A stretch of DNA of 64,000 bases from positions 34,596,001 to 34,660,000 of the forward strand of contig NC_135658.1 in the NCBI RefSeq assembly GCF_964188315.1, given 5' to 3'. Positions 12,653-24,038 of the stretch are shown here, piece after piece. Under the pieces are notes generated by a model, which was not told where the DNA came from, ran no database searches, and was given only the letters and a program-made list of their open reading frames with translations. Position 1 is the first letter of the stretch. The number at the start of each line of letters is the position of its first letter. Source of the DNA: Podarcis muralis. Taxonomy: Eukaryota. The position numbers and the translations under genes are program-made.

Positions 12653-13887
12653 AACATAATTGCCATAGTCAGCAGCTCGCAGCAGTGAGTTCCATAAATT
12701 AGACACGCGTTGCATGAATAAGTAGTCATTTCTGAATCTGCTGCTACTCCACGGTGGCTGGTGCCCATTCGGGTGGAAGGCAGTCAGACCAATAGTAGGT
12801 GGCGCCAGGGCCAATTGGAGAAGGGGAGAACTTGTTCTAGTTTAGCCCCTCTCCTCTTCCCCACTGAGTTCTGCAAGGGGCAGCGCTTGTACACTGCAAC
12901 TGCAAGGGACCCACCTCCATTGCTGCTAAGCAATTTCCTCATTGGAGGAACCTGAGTTTTAGTATCACGAATGAGAGGGAATTCTTTCTTTCTCCATGCC
13001 AAGCGTAATTGTATACATTTCTAGCATCAAGCTATTTGGCAAACCACTAGTCTCCCTATGTGGCCTGCTTTTCCTCACCTCTTCCCCTGTGCAGCAATGA
13101 GACTTGAAAATACGCTTCCACTTGAACTAATGGAAGGATGCTTTCAAATTTAATTGCTGCAAAGAGGACATTTTGGAGGGAGGAGTTTCAACTGGAGAGG
13201 GAAGGATTAACCCTCTTCTCACTGTGTGCTATGACGCTCTCTCTTGCCCTTTCACTTCACAATTAGGCTTGGAAAAAATAGTTCCTGTGAGTGTTTTTCC
13301 CCCAATATGAATTTTGGTGTAGTTTGTACACCAAATTTTGGTGTAGTTTGTATCGTTGGAAGGAATGTTAACTCTAGTAACAGTCTCTCTGAAAATCAAT
13401 CCCCCCCCCCGCCCGCTACAATAATTTCAGGACAGAGGTATGTGTGTGTGGGGGGGAGTGAATATGGATGGATGTGTAGCTGGGGGGGTGGGATATAATA
13501 TAAATTAGTGTGTGTTAGGTATGGGAATTAATGAATGCTTTGCCTTCCCAAACAAAACATAAAACTTTCTCTCATCTATGCTGGCACACTCATCTGCTTG
13601 AGCAGGCAGTGTTTTATTTTGCAAAATAATTTATTTCCCTGAAGGTCCCATAGGGTTGCCATATTTTGAAGAGCAAAAAAAGAGGACACATTTGCTGAGT
13701 TTTACTTTTAACTATGAATCGCTCTGATGACTCTACCCATGAAAAAAGAGAACATGTCCTGGAAAAAGAGGATAGATAATTCATGGTGGTACCTGCTTGT
13801 GGATGAGATGGGTTAAGCTTTGATGTTTAATGTGGATCAGCCACTCTGGCTTAGTTCACGTGGCTGGATAAGAGAAACCATTTTGAC

Positions 13888-14023
13888 CAGGCAACCCCAA
13901 ACTTGGCCCTCCATCTGTTTTGGGACTACAATTCCCACCATCCCTAGCTAACAGGACCAGTGGTTAGGGATGATGGGAACTGTAGCCCCAAAATAACTGA
14001 AGGGTTGAGTTTGGGGATGCCTG
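13888..14023. mobile_element. Short palindromic hAT MITE
   Basis: TIRs CAGGCAACCCCAAACT / AGTTTGGGGATGCCTG; perfect 8-bp TSD ATTTTGAC. Confidence 0.87.
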
Positions 14024-14174
14024 ATTTTGACTGTAGCTGCTCATTGATACGGTTCTGCTCCATGTGCATAATTCTGACATAAGCTAACTGGTCCATCACT
14101 CCCTAGACTCAATCACTCAGCATGAATTCATTTCTCAAATGCAAGCTATTCTGTGAGACTTTATATCAATACAA

Positions 14175-14606
14175 CCCCCTCTTTTTTAAAAAAAATATAT
14201 TTTTTATTAGCAATTTCAACATAACAAATTATCAAACCATATAATCACATACATTATTTCCCCCCTTTCCCCCCTTCCATCCCTCCCTCCCCTCCCCCAC
14301 CAAAGACTTCCCTCAGCTCCTCTCTCTGATTTCTCAGCACATATTATTCTCTGCATGTTATAAAATTTTACATATCCTTACATTATCTATCTAACATGTT
14401 ATCAACCAATAAATCTGTGTATGTTTATTCAAAACCTGCCAAGGAGTCCAGTTCATTTTGTTCCCTTTTTAAATAATTTGTAAAAAGCTCCCATTCTTCC
14501 TTAAAGCCACAGTTGTTCTTATCCCACAATTTATATGTCAGTTTAGGCCAACTCTGCATAACTCATCACTTTTCCTTGCCACTGTTCTTTCGTTGGGATT
14601 TCCTCA
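14175..14606 (-). mobile_element. L1 LINE 3' end (5' truncated)
   Basis: Minus-strand translation EEIPTKEQWQGKVMSYAELA/KLTYKL...FKEEWE (L1 ORF2 C-terminus), A-rich tail, 13-bp TSD TATATCAATACAA. Confidence 0.85.
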
Positions 14607-16329
14607 TATATCAATACAAACTTAGTTTGAGGAAGTTCCTAAACATGCAGCACTGTTAAGTACTTTTGGAGGGCCCATGACAATGGATGTTGCAGAAGTT
14701 GAACTTCTCCAATTCTACTATCCTTAGCCTCTCAAGGTCTTTTGCTGTCTTAAATAAGGGCCAAAGTAGACGTGACACCAAGTGAATTGTTAGGAAGCCG
14801 TTTAGGGCTTTGAAATTAATAGTAATAGGCAAGTAAAAACCATTTTTACAGGGACCAGAGTGTACAAGGTGGTGAGGCTTAGTTCTCTCCCTCACTGGAA
14901 TCCCAGCAAAAAGCACCCCCTCCAGCACAGGGGAAAAATTTTCATCGGGCATGTAGCTGCAGAAGGAACAGCTTTTGCGTACAGTCTCTGTGGAAATCAT
15001 TTCTGTACCTTCTATTAAAATATAAAACTCTGATGTGCTTTCTGCTTTCTAATGATACATTGAGTCCTATGTCCAGGTTGACCTTATTTATTCATTATCC
15101 TTGGCTGCCTGTTGTTTCTGGGACTCCTCCCCTGGAATAATGACTTGGTGCTACATCTTTCTACCTTCAAGTTACAACTACATACACACACACAGCGAGG
15201 GGGGGGGGGAGAGAGAGACCCCTCTTTCTCTGATCTAGGCATGTTTACCTGAAGAAGGACTTAACACTGTGCTCTGCCTCTGTCTCCCACAACTGCTTAT
15301 GCCCCTGGTCAGCCCCTCTTTCTCCTAGCCCTCTAAAGTGCTGTTGCACCTGTGCCCCACTTTCTGGCTTCTTGGAGGCCTCTGCCTAGCCACTGTGACA
15401 AGAGGATGCTGGACTAAGTGGGCCTTTGGTTGGGTTCTTAAGCGCTCTGGTTCCCAAATTTTGTTGCCACTTTGTCAAATTTCTTTCTCCTTTGGTTGGA
15501 AACTAAAGGAGTGCCTCTTACTGAGCCAGATACGACTCAAAGGCTTCCGAACAGAAGTAGATACCGCATATATGTGGAGTCCACCTGATATGAAGTCCTC
15601 TCCAAACCCTTTTTCTTATACTGCTGCTTCTTACTCATCTACGAGGGATTGCCAAAGAAGAAGATATATTGCCCACAATCCTCCCACACTCCCTTTGTTT
15701 GCTTTTTCTTATATTGATAGTTCTATTTCTTTCATCTGCAGATAAGGAGGGCCCAGTGCTGTTGGTAGCCTCCATTCTGGCAAGGATTCTCTGTAATTTA
15801 AGTCTGCTACTTGGACGGCAGACATGGTCAGGAAAGGGAAGCCTTCCACACCACTTCGCCATGTAGGAAAACGTTTCAAGCTGCTAAATGACTACCTGCC
15901 AGGCAACTGTTAAATGCATGGGAGTTCTGTCAGAAAAAAGTGCTTTGCTGTTTGAAATGTTCACCCACAGCTTCCTCTTTCTTAGTTGGCTCTCTTTTAT
16001 CTGGGTGCTAAGAGCAAGTGGGAGGAGTCTAATAGAGACCAAAGCTCTTGCAAAGTTCAAGTGGGTTGCTTCTTATGAAGGTCATGGTGCGTCCACATTT
16101 AGAATACTCTGCTTGGTTCTCTCTTCCCCACTCCCAAGCTCAAAAAGGATGCTGTACAAATGTGTACGGGCAAAAACAAGAGACAAAAAAGCAGTTATGT
16201 GAGCAGGAGTCATAGCATCCTGCTGCAAAACAAGAGGCTTTACAAATATAATTTAGAAGGAAGGTAGCAGAGGTTGATGGCTACGAACTTTTGTAGGCCT
16301 GGTGAATACAGAAATTGTTTTCCCTCAAA

Positions 16330-17885
16330 ACCCTAGAATGCATTGGAAGTTGAAAGTTTTAAATTAAAAAGTTGACCAATTTTTAAAATTAAAATGCATC
16401 TGATCAAATAAAACCACAGAGAATCACCAGTGAAAACCTATATTGGAAAAGAAGCAAAGGAGATCTTGAAATACCTGCCCTAACAAGATATTTTCAAGCA
16501 GTAAAGCTTGGCCTGTATCTCAAGGTGATTCAAAATAGGCAAAGCAATTAAGGCAGAAAAAGAGATCTATAATAGCAGTTCTGGAAACTGTTACGGTACA
16601 ACTAAGAACATACGTTATTGATTCTCAAGTCTTGACATCCACTCTAAATCTGTATTAAAAGTTTGGCGTAAACACTAACATCAGTTACCCCCAAGCAGCA
16701 TTCAAAACTCCCGTTGTTCTAGTGACAAGTAATTTCAATAGTATGAGCAGTTTCTGAGCTCTGGGCGCAGTACTGCACCTAAGATTTCAGATTAAAACTG
16801 CAGAGTGGAAGGAAAGGAGGACCTTTTTCTGCCTCCCCACTTGCAGCCGCTTTCTGAAGACTGGAGAAGAGACCCTCTTAAGAATATTAGAGGGGTGGGC
16901 AGAGGAAGCATGGCTTTGTTTTTTGCAGTCTTCAGAAGAGGACTAGACCATGTAAAAAATGAATATAAGAGTTTAGCTGCAGTTCATTTATTTTCAGCTT
17001 TGTATTCTTGTTATTTAAAAAGTATGCCTAGACATTCTGTTGTTGCGCCCATAACCTAGGTTTAAGGTGCCATTTAGCTCCTAGCCTTCATATCTCTGTT
17101 TCTAACACTGCCCCCAAGCATATCCCTAAGTACATCTTGGCTCACAAATAAATTCACTAGTATAGTGTTCAAAAATACTGGAAGTTTCTCTCTCTCTCTC
17201 TCTCTTTAATGGATTATTTATGGGCACATAATTTCATATAAACAAGTAGCATTGATTCTGCACAACTACCATTATTCCAATCTTTCCAGCTAAGGCATAT
17301 TGCCAGTCAACTGAATATGCATTACAAATATCTTTGTGAATATAGATCTTTTGAAAGAGATGCTGATTCACTCAGACCAAAGCCTCTTAATTAGCAAAAG
17401 ATACCAGATATTGTAAGATACCAATTTCGATTAACATTAAAAAAATATGAGATTTATCAATATATAATCTCTATATGGAAACTGAATAATGGTTCTGGCA
17501 GTTTAATACTGCATCATCACTACTGATAAGTGTAAATCATAAAAGCTTTAAAAATTTGCATAGTAGCATTTGACAACCATGCAGGTTAAGCAAAATATAT
17601 AAAACTCATCTGATGCTGGAGGTGTAAATCAGTAAAATATGAATTTGTGCATATATGCTGATGTTCTGTTGAGATAAGGAACTTTTGAACAATGTATTAG
17701 ATTATCTAGGAACCCTAAAACAGTCCTGCGATGTACGATTTGGACAGAAGTTGAAAACGTTCTGTCTTTCGATTTGCAGATGTTATTGGAGAAATGAAAA
17801 TCCGCCACCCATATCAGAATGGCTGAGAAAAATCTGGGGAACAACACTGCTTTTTAAGTTAACATACTGAGCAAGAGCTAGAAGA
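16330..17885 (+). mobile_element. Degenerate L1/Tx1-like ORF2 3' region
   Basis: Remnant peptides WKRSKGDLEIPALTRYFQAVKL and CYWRNENPPPISEWLRKIW...KLTY; boundaries approximate. Confidence 0.6.
16696..17110. mobile_element. hAT-type MITE, copy 2 (415 bp), nested in an L1-like fragment
   Basis: Perfect 8-bp TSD CCCCCAAG (16688-16695, 17111-17118); homologous to 2413-2810. Confidence 0.85.
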
Positions 17886-17889
17886 ATTA

Positions 17890-18845
17890 TCCATTAAAAT
17901 AAATTAACAGCACAATTAACCCATAAAATCTACTTTCATGATTATCAAGAGGCTGAATTGCGTTCAGGCACCTTGTATTTGTGATATTAGTCCCCGTTGG
18001 TGTGTTGTTGTCTGTCCTGTCAAAGTCCAGGATGGTTTTCTGATGCTGGGTCTGTCCTTTGGCTTTCCTTGTGGAGAGGGGGGCCCTAGAAGCTTGGGCA
18101 CGAATGAGTACCATCTTCCCCTATTGCAGTGATGACCAAACTTGGCCCTCCAGACTACAACTCCCATCATCCCTCGCTAACAGGACCAGTGGTCAGGGAT
18201 GATGGGAAATGTAGTCCCCAAACAGCTGGAGGGCCAAGTTTGGCCATCACTGCCCTGTTGTAAGCTTTTTGTAACCCTGGAAGATGAAGTAAATAATTGA
18301 AATTCCTTATTTAAAGATATAAGAGTTCTTATTGAGGCCAGCTTCCTCCCAGGTTGGCCCGTCTGTTTCTCATAATGGTTGATCTCAGCCTCATCTCCAA
18401 GGCGATTTATATGTAGCAACTTAAAACGTTTCTTTGTTCACTACACTGTGGAATTATTTAAAAGGGGACAGGCCACCTCGACTGGCAAACAACAAACAAC
18501 ACAGTCCCTAGCCCTCAGGTCTCCAAAATAATGGGGAGTTGATAAAACAAGTCCAAGTTAAGTCTAATTAAAAGCTGTGTTAAAGCCAAATTAAAATATC
18601 AATAATTCCAGTTTCTGTTTCAGCCGCTTCCCGCGCCTCCACTCTATAAAAGGGGATGTCAACAAAACAGAGAAGCCCCAGGCCTGTTAATTGCTGTTAA
18701 TCTGCTCTCCAGCTTCCAAGTTAAAATAACAGTTGAAAGTTGATAAAACACTTGGTTTAAAACAGGTTAAAATCAAATAAAACTCAGTTTAGATCTGTGG
18801 CGCTCTGGAGCTGCCTGTCTGACCTGTCGCCATCTTAACTGGAAG
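17890..18845 (-). mobile_element. Probable L1 5' UTR and ORF1 start remnant
   Basis: Begins CTTCCAGTTAAGATGGCG on the - strand (YY1-type L1 start), local CpG enrichment, downstream basic ORF MVLIRAQASRAPLSTRKAKG; assignment tentative. Confidence 0.4.
18127..18252. mobile_element. Short palindromic hAT MITE (related to 13888-14023)
   Basis: TIRs CAGTGATGACCAAACTTGG / CCAAGTTTGGCCATCACTG; TSD CCCT[A/G]TTG. Confidence 0.85.
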
Positions 18846-20778
18846 AGGGACCCCCATCAAGTTATTGGGATGGGCGGAAAACTTTGTCCCCTCCCTTGTG
18901 CTGTGTTTACTTCATCCCTACATTTTTACTGCAACACCCTCCCCCCAAAATGAGTAGGGTCTCCATGGGACAGAAAAATCACTTTGGGTACCTGATCCAA
19001 CCTCTGGGTTTGGGGGTTAGTGACCTCTACTTTAGGGAGTCTTTTAATTACTGAGCATTCAGAATACTAGTAGAACAAAACACACTGTTCCTGCAAAAAA
19101 CACACAAAAAAACCATTGCTGATTTTTGCTTTCTAGCTTACTGCTATCAGGATAGCTTAAGATACCCTGAGAAAGCAAACAGTTTAGTGCTATGAAAATA
19201 AGTAACTTTGCAAAAACCTATGAATGTAGTATTTATGTTGGCACAAGGAAGAAAACCGATCCTCTGGGACTTTAAAATAGGAGCAGTGGCTGCAAGCCAT
19301 TTGAAGAATGGCAGCTAGGCTCCGATTTGCTTGAAGGAATACGCAGTAGGGCAGTTTAGATGCACAATTTAATGTGTTGAAAGCATCCGTGAGGAGCTAG
19401 TTGGGCTTCATAGACTTCCCCTGCTGTACGTGTAGTTGCAACCAGTGCCCACCTCCCCCATCAGCTGTATGTTTGGCAATAGTAAGAGGCTCATCCATAC
19501 TTAGGGAGATCATTGGCCACAGTTGTCAAATGTGTGGTTGGTTGGGTAGGCCTAGCCTGCAGAGCACATGGCCCTGTGACAGGGAATCCAGATTTTTAAA
19601 AGGCAAATATGCCCATCTTTCTCTTCTTGGTTCCAGGGTCTCATTCTGTCTTCCCTTAAGGAAAGGGTAGGTAATCTTTTCTGGCCAGCAGGTCATATTC
19701 TTATCTCCTTGCTCCTGGTGGAACAAATTTGACAAGTGGCTGGGACTGACCACCTGCACTACGACATCAGGTGAAGCTGCACTTTGAAGCCCCAATTTCT
19801 GGGACTTCAAAGCACAGGGCTGCCTGAAAGCCCTTTTTCAAACAGCTTGTGTCTGTACTGAGTGACTCCAGAGGGGTCGCTGTTAAAACAAGAAAGCTTC
19901 TTGCGGCACCTTAAAATATTTTTATGTGTTGATTTATTTTGAAATTTATGCTCCACCTTTAAGTGTTACCACTCCCAGGGCAGTGTTTAAAACAACAACA
20001 GTATCCATCAATAATGTTAGCAGTAATAGGAATCCGTAACAGTCCTGGGACTGCAGAGCTGAAGGCAGTCGGGGAAGTATGAGCCACTGAGAAGCACCCA
20101 CTGCCTCCCAGGAAGAACCTCATAACAAGCAGGAAGGTAACCTGATCCCATTCAGAGATGTAGTAGCTGCTTCAGTGCTTGCTATCCTTCTCACTCACTT
20201 TTCCCTTTTGCTGTCAAATCTGTTGATGTTATTACATGTATGCCTTGCTGTTCCTGCAAGGAGCTCGGTAGTTTATTGTTTTAACAGTATTTCAAAACCA
20301 TATTAAAACAACAGAGCAGCAAAAATGCAGCAATACAAACTTCAGATGTCCATAAAGATGGCAAAAGTAGTTTCTTTCCCAAATAGGTTTTATCTTAATC
20401 AGTTGCAGTGGCAAAGTTTTTATCGGTGGTTGCAAGAACAAATGAGCCCTATATTCCAAACAAAGTGCTTGATTAACCTGGAGGTAGGCTGTATGAACTC
20501 TGTATTGATTTGTAATGTTTTGTTGGTTTCTGGACCGTAATAAAGATTGTTGTTGTTGTAATCAGTTGCAAACACAGTAAGTAAAGTGTCCACTTGTGAT
20601 ATACCAGTGGTTCAGTGCTCAGATGCCATTCGGGTAATCAGACGTTTCGTCGCTAAAGAGCTTAGTCATTGAGCTTTGTAGTAAATAATATACAGGGGAA
20701 GACAGTATGTAAACGACTTAAAGCAGGGTATATCTGTTCCCATTTGCATGTTTCCATCGGGAGGAGCATAGAAGGACA

Positions 20779-20838
20779 ATGTCCTTCAGTTTGTTAAACC
20801 TCCTTGAGATGTCCTTCAGTTTGTTAAACCTCCTTGAG
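20779..20838 (+). repeat. Perfect 30-bp tandem duplication
   Basis: ATGTCCTTCAGTTTGTTAAACCTCCTTGAG x2. Confidence 0.95.
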
Positions 20839-21941
20839 ATATACCAGGCAGTGACAGATATTAAAGTCAGACGCTAGCCAGTACTCCTTGGGAATTGGGT
20901 TCCAGACACGTCCATGGTATTAGCTGTGGATAACATGTCATGCATCTGATGAGGGTTTCTCCACCACCAAAGCTTATGCTGCAACTCATTTGGTGGTCTT
21001 TCGGACACCATGGCATTTTTGTTCCCTTTTTTTGTATAGAATTGTGATTGTCTTGTACACTATGGGCAATACAGCAGGCCTACCAAGTTCAGTAAGTAGT
21101 GATCATAGGGAAGTCAGTTTGCTCAAGCCTTTGCAGATTAGAATCAATTCACATCACATATATGTTTGCCAAGCATAGAATCACAGAATCATAGAGTTGG
21201 AATAGACCACAAGGGCCATCGAGTCCAACCCCCTGCCAAGCAGGCATAAATAGTTTTTTTCTAGCTAGAGCAGAAACAACTCTGCCCAGGTTAATAATCC
21301 ATAAAATTTAGAGCCCTTCCTTTCTGTGTGTGTCATGAACTGAAAGAGCTGGGTGTGGGTATCTGCTGTCCAGAAATTCTTGTTTGTTTCTGGGATGGAT
21401 TTGTTAGATTATACAAATAGACTGGATGGTCAGACATGCTCAAAAATGCGAAGTGTTTTAACGATTAGAGCTGTAACGTGTTAAGGTTGTTGTTGTTGGG
21501 GGTTTTAAAAGTTGTAATGAATAGAGAATCTGCCCACCTAAATTCACGAGAGAGGTAGAGATATGCAAAATTAGCATTTCATCTAAAAATGAAACAAGTG
21601 TTCAAGAGGGTCTGAAACATAGTTGCATGCTTTTAAGGCAGAATGTTGAACCATTTGAGTTCATTTGATGAATGCTTTAGGGCAACTTTTCCCAACTTGG
21701 TGCCCCCAGCTGTTTTCCCCTCCCCAAAGTTACAACTTCCCACCAGCCCCAGTTGTTGTTCTCAGTTGCCAAGGATTATTATGATGTATTTATTTATATC
21801 CCACCTTCTTCCGTGAAAGTGACTCAAGGCAGCTTACAAATAAAAATAAGAACAGCCAGAAACATAGAGATTTTTTAAAAAAATTAAATTAAATTAAAAC
21901 TATATGTATACATATAAATATATATTAAAGCTATACAAATA

Positions 21942-22623
21942 CAGTGGTACCTCGGGTTAAGTACTTAATTCGTTCCGGAAATCCATTCTTAACCTGAAAC
22001 TGTTCTTAACCTGAAGCACCACTTTAGCTATTGGGGCCTCCTGCTATCGCCGCGCTGCCAGAGCACGATTTCTGTTCTCATCCTGAAGCAAAGTTCTTAA
22101 CCCGAGGTACTATTTCTGGGTTAGCGGAGTCTGTAACCTGAAGCGTATGTAACCTGAAGCATATTGTCAGGGAACTGACATCAGAGCGAGAGGCGAAGGG
22201 GAGGCTCCCAGACGATGCTGGCGAAGGACCCAGCAGCAGGGGGAGAAGCAGCTCAGTAGAGGGGGAAGGAAATCAGCGCAACACCAGGGATAAAGGGGGG
22301 CAGATGGGGGAAGCGGAGAGAGGGCTCCAGGACTCTTCACTGGACATCAGTGAGGAGAGCACAGGTCCTCCGCTACCCACGCCCTCCCTGCGCAGAAGAC
22401 TCCCGCGCAGTGAGAGGAGGAGGAGACTGGGAGTCAATCAGCTTTTATGCTGGAAGAGGTTTAAGAAACGCCCACTGACGGATTCTGCTAGCGACTGAGG
22501 CAGCCACGTTGAGATGGGCTGTGCAGTCAGAACGGTTGAACAAGGCAATTTAGCCTAGAGAGGCGGCAGTTTACACACGAGTAACTCATACCCATTACAC
22601 ATATGTAACCCGAGGTACCACTG
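21942..22623 (+). mobile_element. Tigger-like MITE, family CAGTGGTACCTC, interrupted by a solo LTR
   Basis: TA TSD; the MITE sequence resumes after 22599. Confidence 0.9.
22165..22599. mobile_element. Solo LTR (435 bp) of an LTR retrotransposon; family undetermined
   Basis: TGT...ACA termini and a perfect 5-bp TSD CATAT (22160-22164, 22600-22604); GC-rich; inserted in a MITE. Confidence 0.85.
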
Positions 22624-23827
22624 TAATAACAATAAAAGCAACACAGTGCCAGCCCCCTCATTGAAAGCAGTCAGTTGGGAAGAACAAGAAATGGGTGGCA
22701 CACAGATGTCCTTAGCTGGGGCATCTCAGCAACATGGATATGGTGGAACTAAAGACCTTCCTTCTGGATGTGGAATTGGACAAAATGTGTTGGGTCATTT
22801 AGGCTGCCATCTTAACCCCTGCTATGTGGGCATCGTGGTCAACACTAGGGCCCCTGGCTCAGTATGAGGGGTGCTTCTGAACCTCTCCTTTGAAACCCAA
22901 AGGAAAACAGGCAGTAGGGGAAAAGAACATCCCTTCTTTCCTCCCCCAAGGACTTGCTGTTACACTACTGCTTGAGTTAGAGTCACCTTTTGGTTGACCA
23001 GACAAGTCCTACTAAAGGGCAGTTTCCCTCCCCACTGGCTTCTCCTTCCTGGCTGATCTGCCCAGATCCAACATGTATGGCCTTCTCTGTTGCACTCCCA
23101 ACAGGAGATGGGAGTAGTAGTTGAGAAGGCACCAGATTGAGGTAGTAGGTTTTTTGGAGTTAGCACAACTCATGTCATCTTGGCCCCATTGAGGAAAGAA
23201 ATGCTAGAGTCCCTTCCCCTCCGCTGCCCCCCGGCCATCTGTGCTCTTAAGCAATTTAAATCAGCCTTGGTTCTCCATTTAATAGAGTGCTCCCCTTGCA
23301 TAAATCTAACGTCTATGCTTGTTGGGGGGTTTATAGAGCTTTTCCATTTTGCTGAAGCAGGTTGACCAAGATGCCCAGTACAGAAAGCCATGTTTAGGAA
23401 ATAGTATATTAGAGAGAATGCGCTGAGCTGTTTTCAGCAAGCCACAATATTTGCTACAGAGGAGGTGTTTTACATAAAGAGGAAAGGAAACGAGCTGAAA
23501 ACAAAGACAGAGAGCAAATATAGGAGCAGATTGCCCTTAACCAGGATCACGGAGGATATTATTACAGAACTTAGCTTTGATAGCTAATCAAACAGTTGTG
23601 AAAGATCTACCATTTTTCCAGGCTCAGAGCAAAGACTATGCAAGATTTGTTTCATGACTGGTTTATTTAAACACCTTAAAACCTATTGAGCAAACACAGC
23701 TGCCTTCATATCATATTAATAGGCAAGCATGTCAATGAACCCCTTTGTACTTCAGCTGGAATTTGAGTCAGTAGTCCATACACTTAAAGAAAACCTGTGA
23801 AACTGATAAATGACAGGTGACAGATTA

Positions 23828-23830
23828 TTT

Positions 23831-23878
<48 letters not shown>

Positions 23879-23880
23879 TC
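23828..23880 (+). repeat. (TTTC)n microsatellite, about 58 nt upstream of the first ST3GAL6 coding-exon acceptor
   Basis: Direct reading. Confidence 0.95.
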
Positions 23881-23949
23881 GCCCAAATTTGACATGTAGA
23901 AATAACACTAACATTTCTCTTTTGAACTTTTGTTTCAGATTTGACAGTC

Positions 23950-24038
23950 ATGAAACGGATCATATGTGCGATTCTCTTGGGTGCAGGAGTGATGTATGTT
24001 ATACTACACCGAAACCTGCGAAGGACAAATGACTATTG
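23950..24038 (+). CDS. ST3GAL6: ST3GAL6 first coding exon (exon starts 23939, 11 nt UTR); [30 protein letters not shown], type II signal anchor
   Basis: Acceptor tttgtttcag at 23938, ATG at 23950, donor gtaatt at 24039; short basic tail followed by a hydrophobic anchor. Confidence 0.9.

Noticed and set aside
12792-12805. CTCF-like motif ATAGTAGGTGGCGC
   Set aside because: It lacks the leading CC and sits in what looks like a repeat-derived segment; unsupported without ChIP data.
15338-15866. Cluster of 65-135 aa ORFs on both strands
   Set aside because: No recognisable domain, no splice-consistent structure; possibly an old transposon remnant. A blastx search would settle it.
19637-19670. 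34-nt AG/GT-flanked candidate 5' UTR micro-exon of ST3GAL6
   Set aside because: Such splice-site pairs are common by chance; transcript evidence is needed.
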